Of a DNA stretch of 64,000 bases, positions 55,073 through 64,000 are shown one piece after another. A program made the position numbers and the translations under genes. The stretch's first letter is position 1, and each line of letters begins with the position of its first letter. Source of the stretch: Bryobacteraceae bacterium (lineage in GTDB: Bacteria; Acidobacteriota; Terriglobia; Bryobacterales; Bryobacteraceae); contig DATGKM010000013.1 of NCBI GenBank assembly GCA_035294665.1, positions 31,406-95,405 of the forward strand, in the 5' to 3' direction. The notes beneath the pieces were generated by a model. It did no database searches, was not told where the DNA came from, and worked only from the letters and a program-made list of their open reading frames with translations.

Positions 55073-56809
55073 CTACGGCAGCGCGAATACAAAGATCATA
55101 TTGGTATTGCTCGGGTGCAGTTCGGGCGCGAGCACGTTCAGGCCGGAACTTACCAAAGAATTGCCGGTGCTCACTGCCACGTATTGTTTGCCGTTCGCTG
55201 CGTATGTGATCGGATAGCCAGTGACCGGCGAACCCAGGTTTACGTCCCAGAGCACCTTCCCGCTCTCCTGATCGAAGGCCTTGAAGTGCCCGGCCGTATC
55301 GCCGCCGAAAATCAGCCCGCCGCCCGTGGCTACCAGCGACATCATGCCCGCCCGCTGCTCGTATTTCCACGTAATGCGGCCGGTTTCTACGTTAATCGCC
55401 TGTAGGGTACCGATTTTGTACGTGCCCGGAGCGATTTGGTTGCGCGAACGAATCACATACGGCGAAGTGGTGAAAGGCTTATCGGGCAGAGCGGTGATGG
55501 TACCGCAGGTGTTCTGCAGCGGATAGTACATCGTGTGAGTTTGTGGGCTGTACGCGCCGGCGGGAAAGTCCTTGCCGCCGTTCGCGGTGGGGCAGACGAA
55601 GCGCTGGTCGCCCACCTTATCGAACACCGTATCCGGATTTACCGTTACTTTGCCCGTCGCGCCATCGATATTCTGCACTACATTCTGGCGAACGGTCGGC
55701 GTGGCCCAAAGAAACTCCCCGGTTTGGCGGTCGAGCGTGTAAACGATTCCGGTCTTTCCCGGAATGCCGGTCACTACCTTGCGCATCTCGCCCGGCTTCA
55801 GGCGCGGATTGATCCACTTCACCTGGCTTTTATCCGGATTCACCGGTGTATCGACGAGCAGGCGCTCAAAAGGATGATCGAAATCCCAGTGATCCACTAC
55901 GTGCTGGTAATACCAGACAATCTTGCCGGTATCCAGGTTCAGCGCCAGGGTCGAGTTGTGATAGAGGTACGTTTTATCATTGCCGGCCAGCATGAACTTC
56001 GGCGCGGGCGAAGTGACAGAAGTGCCGATATAGATCATGTTCAACGCGGGGTCGAAGCTCGGCACCATCCACGTGCCTACGTGCCGCCGCTGGGAATCGG
56101 GCAGGCCGCCCCAGGTCTCGTCGCCTGGTTCGCCCGGCCGCGGAATGGTGCGCGTGCGCCAGAGCTCCTTACCGGTCTTGCCATCGTGAGCGGTAATCAC
56201 GCAGCCGTTCGGCGTGGCTTTGTATTCGCAGCCCCGTCCGGAAATGATCTTGCCGTTGGCGATGATCGGCCCCGAAGTCTCCTGCGCGGAATCCTCGCGG
56301 TAATCGACAATGCGGTTCTCCCACGCGAGCTTCCCCGTGGTGGCGTCGAGCGCATAAACGAAATCGTCCACGCTGGTATCGATGATCAGGTTGCCGTAGA
56401 TGGCGATATTGCGGTTGATGCTCGGAACCAGAAGGTGCTTATTCACGTCATCGGGCAACTGGCGCTTGTACTCCCAGATGAGATCGCCGGTAGCGCCGTT
56501 GATGGCCTGCACCAGGTCGCTCGGGTTCGGCAGATAGAGGATGCCGCGATAGGCCAGCGGGGTGGCCTCCTGCACGCCTGGCCCCATGCCGCGCGCCCAC
56601 ACCATCCGGAGATTCGCCACGTTCGTCTTGTTGATCTGGCTGAGCGGGCTGAAGCCCCAACTGTTGAGCGTGCGGCGCCACATCAGCCAGTCCGCGGGAT
56701 CCGGATTCTGCAGCATGGAATCGGTCACCGGAACAAACGTGCCTTGCGCCAAGGCGGGCAGGGAAGCGCCAAAGAGTAAGAGAGCGAGGCGGGACTGTCG
56801 ACAGTTCAT
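55073..56809 (-). CDS. PQQ-dependent dehydrogenase (methanol/ethanol family beta-propeller)
   Basis: Signal peptide. DWLMWRRTLNSWGFSPL...VANLRMVWA start typical of quinoprotein dehydrogenases. Repeated W-containing propeller blades. Confidence 0.75.
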   Translation of the reverse strand: MNCRQSRLALLLFGASLPALAQGTFVPVTDSMLQNPDPADWLMWRRTLNSWGFSPLSQINKTNVANLRMVWARGMGPGVQEATPLAYRGILYLPNPSDLVQAINGATGDLIWEYKRQLPDDVNKHLLVPSINRNIAIYGNLIIDTSVDDFVYALDATTGKLAWENRIVDYREDSAQETSGPIIANGKIISGRGCEYKATPNGCVITAHDGKTGKELWRTRTIPRPGEPGDETWGGLPDSQRRHVGTWMVPSFDPALNMIYIGTSVTSPAPKFMLAGNDKTYLYHNSTLALNLDTGKIVWYYQHVVDHWDFDHPFERLLVDTPVNPDKSQVKWINPRLKPGEMRKVVTGIPGKTGIVYTLDRQTGEFLWATPTVRQNVVQNIDGATGKVTVNPDTVFDKVGDQRFVCPTANGGKDFPAGAYSPQTHTMYYPLQNTCGTITALPDKPFTTSPYVIRSRNQIAPGTYKIGTLQAINVETGRITWKYEQRAGMMSLVATGGGLIFGGDTAGHFKAFDQESGKVLWDVNLGSPVTGYPITYAANGKQYVAVSTGNSLVSSGLNVLAPELHPSNTNMIFVFALP

Positions 56810-56887
56810 CGGTTCTATTGGATCACAGCTTTATCCCAGGAGCCGGCGGCCGCCTGCGCGCCGCATGCGACAATGGCATCGGACGCG

Positions 56888-57952
56888 ATGAAGACATTTA
56901 CGATCGCGGTGATCGCCGGCGATGGCGTTGGCTGCGAGGTGATTCCCGAGGGCAAACGGGTCCTGGAAGCCGTTGGGAAAAAACACCATATCAGCTTTGC
57001 GTTTCAGGATTTCGATTGGGGCGCCGGTCACTTCCATCGCTGGGGCCGCATGATGCCGGCCGGCGCTATCGACCTCCTGCAGTCCTGCGATGCCATTTTC
57101 CTGGGCGCCGTCGGCCATCCGCAAATCCCCGATCACACTACACTCAACGGCCTGCTTCTGCCGATCCGCCGGGCCTTCGACCAGTATGCCAATGTGCGGC
57201 CCGCGTACCTATATCCGGGCGTCTCATCGCCGTTGGTCAAACCGAAAAGCGGCGAGATTGACCTGGTGGTGGTCCGCGAGAACACCGAGGGCGAATATGC
57301 GCAGGTGGGCGGGTTCCTGTATCAGCTTCAGCCCGAAGAGATCGCCGTGCAAACATCGGTATTCACGCGCCGCGGCACCGAGCGCGTGATGCGCTATGCC
57401 TTCGAGCTGGCCGTGAGGCGCAATAAGAAAAAGCGGGTCACTTCGGTGACCAAGTCGAACGCGCAAGGCTACAGCATGGCCCTGTGGGACCGAACTTTCC
57501 AGGACGTGGCGGCTCAGTATCCCGATGTGGAAACGGAATCGCTTTTGGTTGATGCCGCCGCCATGAATTTCGTGCGCCGCCCGGAGAGCTTTGACGTCGT
57601 GGTGGCCTCGAACCTGTTCGGCGATATTCTGAGCGACCTGGCAGCCGGCATAGTAGGCAGCATGGGACTCGCGGCCAGCGCCAACCTCGATCCCGAGCGG
57701 CGTTTTCCTTCCATGTTCGAGCCCGTCCACGGATCGGCGCCGGATATCGCGGGCAAAGGCATCGTGAATCCGCTCGCCACATTTCTGACCGCCGCCATGC
57801 TGCTCGACCACCTCGAAGCGCCGGCCGCGGCGCGCGACGTGGAAGCGGCGGTTTCCGCGGTGCTGGCGGAAGGCCGCGTGCGCACGCCCGATCTGGGCGG
57901 ACGAAGCCGCACCGGGGAAGTGACGGCCGCCGTGCTGGAGAAGTTGGGTTAG
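56888..57952 (+). CDS. tartrate dehydrogenase / isopropylmalate dehydrogenase family enzyme
   Basis: MKTFTIAVIAGDGVGCEVIPEG and SNLFGDILSDLAA motifs. Confidence 0.8.
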   Translation: MKTFTIAVIAGDGVGCEVIPEGKRVLEAVGKKHHISFAFQDFDWGAGHFHRWGRMMPAGAIDLLQSCDAIFLGAVGHPQIPDHTTLNGLLLPIRRAFDQYANVRPAYLYPGVSSPLVKPKSGEIDLVVVRENTEGEYAQVGGFLYQLQPEEIAVQTSVFTRRGTERVMRYAFELAVRRNKKKRVTSVTKSNAQGYSMALWDRTFQDVAAQYPDVETESLLVDAAAMNFVRRPESFDVVVASNLFGDILSDLAAGIVGSMGLAASANLDPERRFPSMFEPVHGSAPDIAGKGIVNPLATFLTAAMLLDHLEAPAAARDVEAAVSAVLAEGRVRTPDLGGRSRTGEVTAAVLEKLG

Positions 57953-59532
57953 TGGAGCGGACCGGACGCCACTCGGTTCTGGTCGCTGCCGGCATCCTGC
58001 TCAGCCGCATTGCCGGAGTGGTGCGGCAGCGTGTGTTCAACCACTATTTCGGCCTTACGGACCCCGCCGGCGCGTTTCTGGCCGCTCTCCGCATCCCCAA
58101 CTTTCTGCAGAACCTGTTCGGCGAAGGCGTGCTTTCCGCGTCGTTCATTCCCGTGTACGCGCGCCTGCTGGCGGAGAAAGACGAAGAAGAAGCCGGACGA
58201 GTAGCCGGCGCGATCGGCGCCATTTTGGCGCTTACCACTGCCGTAATCGTTCTGGTGGGAGTGCTGGCGACGCCGCTGTTGGTGCTTGCGATCGCGCCCG
58301 GATTTCACGGCGCCACGCGGCTGCTCACCATTCGCCTCGTGCGCATCCTGTTTCCGGGCGTAGGGCTGCTGGTAATGTCCGCCTGGTGCCTGGGGATTCT
58401 CAACAGTCACCGGAAATTTTTCCTGTCCTACAGCGCCGGGGTGATCTGGAATGCGGCCATGATCGCCACGCTGGTGATTTTCGGGGGACAGCGCCTGGAC
58501 CGGCTGGCGGAGACTCTTGCGTGGGGATCGGTGGTGGGCAGCGGCTTACAGGTCGCCGCGCAGTTGCCGGTCGTGTTCGCGCTGGCGAAGCGTCTGTGGT
58601 TTCACATCGAGACGCGCACGCCGCAAGTACGCGAGGTGCTGCGCAACTTCGGCCCGGTATTCGTAAGCCGCGGCGTGGTGCAGATCAGCGGGTATGTCGA
58701 TTCGATGCTGGCGAGCCTGATTTCGCCAGCGGCCGTAGCGGCGCTGGCAAACGCGCAATCGGTCAGTTTGTTGCCGGTAAGTCTGTTTGGAGCATCGGTC
58801 TCCGCGGCGGAACTTCCGGCCATGGCGAGCGTGCTGGGCGACCGCGAGGCTGTCAACCTCAATTTGCGGCAGCGGCTCAATGGCGGCCTGCGGCGCATCG
58901 CGTTTTTCGTGGTTCCCTCGGCGATGGGCTTCCTGGCCCTGGGTGACGTGATTACCGCGGCTTTATATCAAACCGGGCGATTCGACCGGGCCGATAGCAT
59001 CTACGTCTGGGGAATTCTCGCGGGATCGGCGGTGGGATTACTCGGGACCACGATGGGCCGCTTATACTCTTCCGCATATTACGCGCTGCGCGATACCCGG
59101 ACGCCGCTGCGGTATGCGGTGATCCGCGTGGCGCTCACTACCGCACTGGGTTATCTGGCCGCGAAACCCCTCCCGCTCTGGATCGGCATCGACCCGCGTT
59201 GGGGCGTCGCGGGTTTGACGGCCTCCGCAGGGATCGCAGGCTGGGTGGAATTCGCCCTGCTGCGCCGCACGCTGAACCGGCGCATCGGCGCCACGGGCCT
59301 CGCGGCGTCGTTAGCCGCGCGCCTCTGGATCGCCGCCATCGCCGGAGCCGCCGCCGGATGGGGCGTGAGACTGGCCCTGGGGCCGCGAGCATACAAAGAC
59401 GCAATCCTTGCGGCGATCGCCATCCTGGGCGCTAATGGCGTGGTGTACTTCGCCGCGGCCGCCTTGCTGCGGATAGAGGAAGGTCTCGATCTGCTCCGGC
59501 GCGTGAAGAAGCTCAACCGCCCGTCGCGGTAG
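57952..59532 (+). CDS. murJ: lipid II flippase MurJ
   Basis: LLSRIAGVVRQRVFNHYFG and GVLSASFIPVY motifs. About 14 TM segments. GTG start shares 1 nt with the upstream TAG. Confidence 0.85.
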   Translation: MERTGRHSVLVAAGILLSRIAGVVRQRVFNHYFGLTDPAGAFLAALRIPNFLQNLFGEGVLSASFIPVYARLLAEKDEEEAGRVAGAIGAILALTTAVIVLVGVLATPLLVLAIAPGFHGATRLLTIRLVRILFPGVGLLVMSAWCLGILNSHRKFFLSYSAGVIWNAAMIATLVIFGGQRLDRLAETLAWGSVVGSGLQVAAQLPVVFALAKRLWFHIETRTPQVREVLRNFGPVFVSRGVVQISGYVDSMLASLISPAAVAALANAQSVSLLPVSLFGASVSAAELPAMASVLGDREAVNLNLRQRLNGGLRRIAFFVVPSAMGFLALGDVITAALYQTGRFDRADSIYVWGILAGSAVGLLGTTMGRLYSSAYYALRDTRTPLRYAVIRVALTTALGYLAAKPLPLWIGIDPRWGVAGLTASAGIAGWVEFALLRRTLNRRIGATGLAASLAARLWIAAIAGAAAGWGVRLALGPRAYKDAILAAIAILGANGVVYFAAAALLRIEEGLDLLRRVKKLNRPSR

Positions 59533-59612
59533 CTTTACCGGCCGCCTCGCCGAATCGCCTTTATCTGCCCGGAAGACGGAATACTTCGCTTCCGATATAA
59601 TCGTTTCCCACT

Positions 59613-60413
59613 ATGGCCAAAATCATCATACCCCCTGGATACAATCTGCCAACCGCGCTCGAAGCGGCCGAACTGGTGACGCAAGCTTACGAGCAATTCG
59701 CAGCCTTTAAAGCGGGCCGCCAGTGGAGTCTTCAGGGCGACTACACAAACCTTCAAATCTTTTCCGCTAAAGCGGGCGGTCTGTTCACGGAGTTCGACAA
59801 GCCGGAACCGTTTGGGTTCGTGGCTCAGAACAAGAAATCCAACGACATCTTTGTGACATTTCGCGGAACCCAGACTCCGGAGGATTGGCTATCGAATATT
59901 GCGATTAACCACACGGCGCACCCCTGGGGACCGGTCGAGGAAGGTTTTGCGACGGTGTACGCGCAGTGCTCCGCCGCCATATTGGGCGCGGTAGAACGCG
60001 CGCGCGCGTCGAGGGTGGTATCGACCGGCCACAGCCTAGGCGGAGCGCTTTCGACGCTGGCGGCGGCCGATCTGGCGATCCACCAGGCAGCGGTCGAGCT
60101 ATACAATTTCGCCAGCCCGCGCACGGGAAGTTCTTCCTTCGCCGTCACCTTCAATCAGAAGATCGCGACCGCCTGGCGCATGGTGAATACGGAGGATCTG
60201 GTCACCACCGTCCCGCTATCGACGCCAAATTTGGGATCGGACAAACCCACGCATGGGCTCCTCGGCGTGCTGCTCGGCATCGCCCGCAAGCTCGATTTCG
60301 AACACGTGGGGACGCCCGTGAGCTTCACCGCTTTTAACGGATCGATCATCGCCAACCACCAGATGCCAACTTACCTGAACGCCCTAACGGCGGCGCAGGC
60401 CGCAGCGGCTTGA
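59613..60413 (+). CDS. class 3 lipase-family protein
   Basis: GHSLGGALS nucleophile elbow, [10 protein letters not shown]. No signal peptide. TATAAT at 59596-59601. Confidence 0.75.
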   Translation: MAKIIIPPGYNLPTALEAAELVTQAYEQFAAFKAGRQWSLQGDYTNLQIFSAKAGGLFTEFDKPEPFGFVAQNKKSNDIFVTFRGTQTPEDWLSNIAINHTAHPWGPVEEGFATVYAQCSAAILGAVERARASRVVSTGHSLGGALSTLAAADLAIHQAAVELYNFASPRTGSSSFAVTFNQKIATAWRMVNTEDLVTTVPLSTPNLGSDKPTHGLLGVLLGIARKLDFEHVGTPVSFTAFNGSIIANHQMPTYLNALTAAQAAAA

Positions 60414-61333
60414 GTAGGCAAGGCTCACTAAGAGCGAGCGGCGCTTACTTTGAGCGAGCGAAGTCTTCCTGCCGGCTGATCGCGATACCGAAGATTCATC
60501 CATACGGATCCGGGTTACTGCTGCGGGGGAATTTAAATAAATGCGTTGCCAGGAGATGATTTCAGTAGCCCTCTCTAGACGATCACGTAAACAGCTTAAG
60601 TACGAGTGAATCCCAAGCTGCCAGGTGTCCCTGTACGCCTTCACCATTTCCGGCTCGCGGGTCAGATCGGTCTCTTTGTCCTTCACGTCCCGCTTCCCAA
60701 TCTCCGGATGGAAATTACTCGCGAACTTGATCCCGTATGGCGGGTCGATGTAAATCATCTGCACCTTGCCCGCGAGATCCTCCCGCCGCGCCAGCGACGA
60801 CATCACCAGGAGACTATCGCCCGGTTGGACCAGTCCACGTCATGCCGGTAGAACTGAACCGCCTCGTTGTACTCCTGTTCCGGGTCCGCGAACAACGAGC
60901 AGCGGTTCACGTCCTCCCGCGCCGCAACCCTCAAAATCGCCTGCGCGCTCACCCGCTCGTGGATGTGGAGCGCGACCGGATCGACGGCGAACGACCGCGC
61001 CTCCCGCTTGCCCGCCCATTCCAGCCACGGCTCGTGAACGCGCAGCGCCTCCGCGAGCGCCCACGCCTCCGGCTCCGTAAACGCGCGTTGCCTGGCGGTG
61101 GCCAGCAGCTCCGGCAACTCATCCGCGCCGCCGGTCGGATCGGAGCGCAACTCCGGCGGCCGGCGGGGGCTGTACGAGTACTCGGCCTTCGGCACGAGGG
61201 GTATCGTACCTTCGGCGGCGATTTTGGCCGGCGGATTGTTCTTGCGCGTGGCTTCGGGGAACCGGTAGTCAGTGACCTTCTCGAGGCTGCTGTGGGCCGC
61301 AGCGGTCTTCGCCTCCTTCTTGTTGTTCGCCAT
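60384..61333 (-). pseudogene. N6-adenine DNA methyltransferase remnant (DPPY type), frameshifted and 3'-truncated
   Basis: Track ORF 60803..61333 ends ...[16 protein letters not shown]. The next frame reads [34 protein letters not shown]...[27 protein letters not shown], then degenerates and ends at the lipase gene. Confidence 0.65.
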
Positions 61334-61367
61334 GAGCTTTGATTAGGACAACTAAGCGATTAGCGAG

Positions 61368-62144
61368 TTGCAGGGCTGGATGGGCGGGAGACAACGGCGG
61401 GGTACGTTCGGCGGTACTAGCGTATTCGAACCACAGAACTTGACATGTCATCCCTATCGGTCGTCCCGATTGCGCCGCAGTGTGCGTGGCGTTAGAATCT
61501 GGCCCGTGGGCGGATCAATCACGATAGAGGCTGGCGTCTACAACACTTGGTCGCAGATATGCCACCGGCTGTCATGCCAATCTCTCCAGAGTGCGAATGC
61601 GCGAAATCCGAGGCCAGTAGAATCTTGGACGAAGGCTGTTGAACTCGGACTCAGGCCATGCGGGATCTGTCGCCCCGACGAGATGCCGCCAATCGGCTCG
61701 GTCATGAAGGTCCGCCCGCAATCCGGTCCCCTCCCGATCATCAATCTGCCTAAGACGGATCCGAACCTGGACGAGCGGATCGCGGCAAACGATCGACGGA
61801 TTGCCGAACTGGAGCAGCAGATTGAGGCTGCAAAAAACACACAGCCGGCCCAAATTCCCCCTGCTGAAGTTATCGATTGGCGCCGACGCATTGTCCAAGC
61901 CTTGTCCCGATTGGATCGGACGACGGATAGACCGCCAAAGGAGAGTGTCGCGGCCCGTATCTCGCGGTTGTCGCGCAGCGGTATCATCCCGCGGCAGGTC
62001 GCAAATATGATGTTGACGATCACGGAGATGCGCAACGCCGTCGAGTACGATGCGAAAGAATTGTCGTTTAACGAGAACCTCGTGGCGTGGGCGAACTGGA
62101 ACGCCATTCAGGATTGGGCGAAACAGGAAGGATTACAGATCTGA
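61368..62144 (+). CDS. hypothetical protein (Cys-rich N-terminal module, coiled coil, helical C-terminal domain)
   Basis: ICHRLSCQ...GLRPCGICRP, then DERIAANDRRIAELEQQIEAAK, then MLTITEMRNAVEYD. The start is uncertain and probably lies downstream of 61368. Confidence 0.4.
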   Translation: MQGWMGGRQRRGTFGGTSVFEPQNLTCHPYRSSRLRRSVRGVRIWPVGGSITIEAGVYNTWSQICHRLSCQSLQSANARNPRPVESWTKAVELGLRPCGICRPDEMPPIGSVMKVRPQSGPLPIINLPKTDPNLDERIAANDRRIAELEQQIEAAKNTQPAQIPPAEVIDWRRRIVQALSRLDRTTDRPPKESVAARISRLSRSGIIPRQVANMMLTITEMRNAVEYDAKELSFNENLVAWANWNAIQDWAKQEGLQI

Positions 62145-62174
62145 GCGGACCGGGCGGGCATCGCTCAATACTGC

Positions 62175-62447
62175 TCATTCCCAGGGCAGAAATGTTGTGC
62201 GCTCAGCGATATCTTTCTGTTCGCACATGCCCGAAAATCGGATCGGCGGGCCGTAGTCCTTGCCCCTTGCGTCTTCGAATTGGACGCAGATCGACGTGGA
62301 CTGCTCATCAAGAACGCGAGCGGTCCATAGTGTTGGCCGATAGGCGAACGCCGCCTTGAAGACCTGCTCATACCTATAACGCCTCGCAAGGACAGATGAA
62401 TCGGCTTGATCCAGAATAGGCCAGACGAACCTGGGATTTTCGTACAT
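62175..62447 (-). CDS. hypothetical protein (orphan, lower GC)
   Basis: 90-aa ORF with protein-like composition. An overlapping 105-aa ORF in another frame looks less protein-like. Confidence 0.3.
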   Translation of the reverse strand: MYENPRFVWPILDQADSSVLARRYRYEQVFKAAFAYRPTLWTARVLDEQSTSICVQFEDARGKDYGPPIRFSGMCEQKDIAERTTFLPWE

Positions 62448-62749
62448 AGCACCCTCGCTCCGATAGTAGGCGAGAAGGCCAATCCTGTCCAGGTAAACCT
62501 ATTGGGCCGCTAGCTCGGCATGGGCGGCGGTCATCTTGCGCTGCAAACTCAATCGGAACCATCATGTGCTAGCAGCTTTCGCCGCACTTTACATCGCAAA
62601 GGACTGGTGGGGCTTTGGCGGGACTCAACTCGGGAAAGGCGGGGAAAATCGGCCAAAAACGGGTAATCCCGCATGTGGCCGCGAAGGTCGTAATCGGCCT
62701 GGAAGTCGTTGGTTTTCCAGGAGTTGGTTGGAAACTAAGGACTTGAGTT

Positions 62750-62824
<75 letters not shown>

Positions 62825-62838
62825 GCAAGGATTTCTTC

Positions 62839-62868
62839 ATTTAATCAGACCCCTTCAGCGGGTGTCAA
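62839..62868 (-). promoter_or_regulatory. sigma70-type promoter for tRNA-Asn
   Basis: Minus strand TTGACA (62868-62863), 18-nt spacer, TTAAAT (62844-62839). The -10 hexamer ends 14 nt (62825-62838) upstream of the tRNA 5' end. Confidence 0.5.
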
Positions 62869-62926
62869 ATTGAAGACAAGCGCGGCCGGCCGCCAGCAGC
62901 GCATCTCAATCATCGCCGTGTACAAA

Positions 62927-63394
62927 TCACCGCCGCATATAAATGATTGAGGTCGCCGTGCGGCCGGCCTCGCGGTATTGCGTGAGCCAGGCGCGGAGCT
63001 CCGGGTAGCGGCTCATTGCCAGGCGCGGATTGTACAGGCTCAGGCCGTCGATCACAAACGCCGGGTGGGTTTGCGCCAGTTCGGCGCGGCGGGTGCGCGC
63101 GGCGGCGGTTTCGAGCGGCGTTGCGTCGGTCAGGTGGCGGTCGGCGGGGACGCTGGTCAGCGGCTGGGAGTCGAGGAAGATCGTTGCCGCCGGCATCCGC
63201 GTATACACATACAGCTCCGGGCGGTAGCCCCACACAAACAGGGTGTCTCCCTTGTGCGCCAGCGAGCGGGTGAGTGCGGCCACTTTGCGGCTGTCGCGGT
63301 CCATCAGCGTGTCGGCCCATTCGGTGCCGCCCGCGGCCAGCCACAGGTAGCGCGGCCCGAAGCGCATTACCGGTATCAACAACAACAGGGCCAC
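62927..63394 (-). CDS. hypothetical protein resembling the C-terminal domain of ArnT/GT39-like glycosyltransferases (possibly a truncated remnant)
   Basis: LFVWGYRPELYVY...FLDSQPLTSVPADRHL matches what I recall from the C-terminal regions of such enzymes. Only one hydrophobic segment is present. An in-frame stop lies 14 codons upstream of the GTG start. Confidence 0.35.
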   Translation of the reverse strand: MALLLLIPVMRFGPRYLWLAAGGTEWADTLMDRDSRKVAALTRSLAHKGDTLFVWGYRPELYVYTRMPAATIFLDSQPLTSVPADRHLTDATPLETAAARTRRAELAQTHPAFVIDGLSLYNPRLAMSRYPELRAWLTQYREAGRTATSIIYMRR

Positions 63395-63591
63395 GAACTC
63401 CCGCTTGCGGCCTTCTGGCGGGCGATCGCGTTTCTACGGGCAAAAAAGGCGTGGGGAGTCCCCCCTTTTTGCTTCCAACCCCTACTCCTGGCTCGATTTG
63501 TCCCTCTGGAAATGGCTCTTTTGGGGTCTTGCGACAACCCCACGGATTCGATAAGCTTCGAAACGAAGTGAGGGTGTGGGTCAGGAAGCTT

Positions 63592-64000
63592 ATGAAAATG
63601 AACACATTCGCGGTTGGGTCCCTGGCTTTTCTCGGTCTCTCGCTGGCCGCTTACGCGCAGCCGCAGGCCCAGGACGGCCTCATTAAGACCGCCGATGAGG
63701 AACGCGCGTTTCTGACGAAAACGTGCAGCGGTTGCCACGGCACGGCGGCGAAAAAGGCCGGTCTCGAGCCGGCGCAGCGCCTCCTAGTGGATGCGCTCGA
63801 TCCCGCCCACGTCGAAAAGAACCCGGAACGATGGGAAGCCATCGTCCGTAAACTCCGCGCTGGAATGATGCCTCCCTCCGGTATCCCGCGGCCGAAACCG
63901 GAAGTCATGGAGTCCGCCATCGAGTTCGCCGAAAATGCGCTCGACCGCACAGCCGTCACCATGCTTCCGCCCCCCGGGCTGCACCGCATGAATCGCACCG
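63592..64000 (+). CDS. 5' part of a secreted CxxCH-containing DUF1592/DUF1585-type (planctomycete cytochrome-like) protein, continues past the window
   Basis: My own translation: MKMNTFAVGSLAFLGLSLAAYAQ...FLTKTCSGCHG...WEAIVRKLRAGMMPP. AGGAAG precedes the ATG. It is absent from the track because there is no stop within the window. Confidence 0.6.
   Translation, partial: MKMNTFAVGSLAFLGLSLAAYAQPQAQDGLIKTADEERAFLTKTCSGCHGTAAKKAGLEPAQRLLVDALDPAHVEKNPERWEAIVRKLRAGMMPPSGIPRPKPEVMESAIEFAENALDRTAVTMLPPPGLHRMNRT

Overview
High-GC bacterial chromosomal window. The gene content (a PEP-CTERM protein, a DUF1592-type CxxCH protein, many TlpA-like redoxins) suggests Acidobacteriota of the Solibacter/Bryobacter type; this is inference only. 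I support about 60 protein-coding genes. Most are housekeeping or metabolic: nadA-moaA, zwf-tkt, uvrA, murJ, mtnA, mlaEFD, an ammonium transporter, an ABC/FtsX exporter divergent from a tesA-like esterase, TolC, a PP2C/Ser-Thr kinase pair and a MEDS hybrid histidine kinase. There is one tRNA-Asn(GUU). I saw no rRNA, CRISPR array, intact transposase or integrase. The supplied six-frame track contains many long antisense shadow ORFs typical of high-GC DNA, which I rejected. Main observations:
1. A radical-SAM ORF is cut at an in-frame TGA, and the read-through gives a C-U-A-E-P tail, so this is probably a selenoprotein.
2. A 739-aa ORF has a complete PEP-CTERM sorting signal in its middle, followed in frame by a second signal peptide.
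3. The same 7-bp periodic T-Y-C-T-R-R-C microsatellite occurs at two unrelated loci, each directly after a stop codon.
4. A roughly 3-kb segment 3' of tRNA-Asn looks like a decayed island. It carries a frameshifted and truncated DPPY adenine methyltransferase and orphan genes.
5. A DUF4159 gene has an out-of-frame internal deletion.
6. A 376-nt hairpin-dense spacer between convergent genes may encode an unclassified RNA.
I found no clear novel multi-gene system. All function calls come from motif recognition by eye and need database confirmation.
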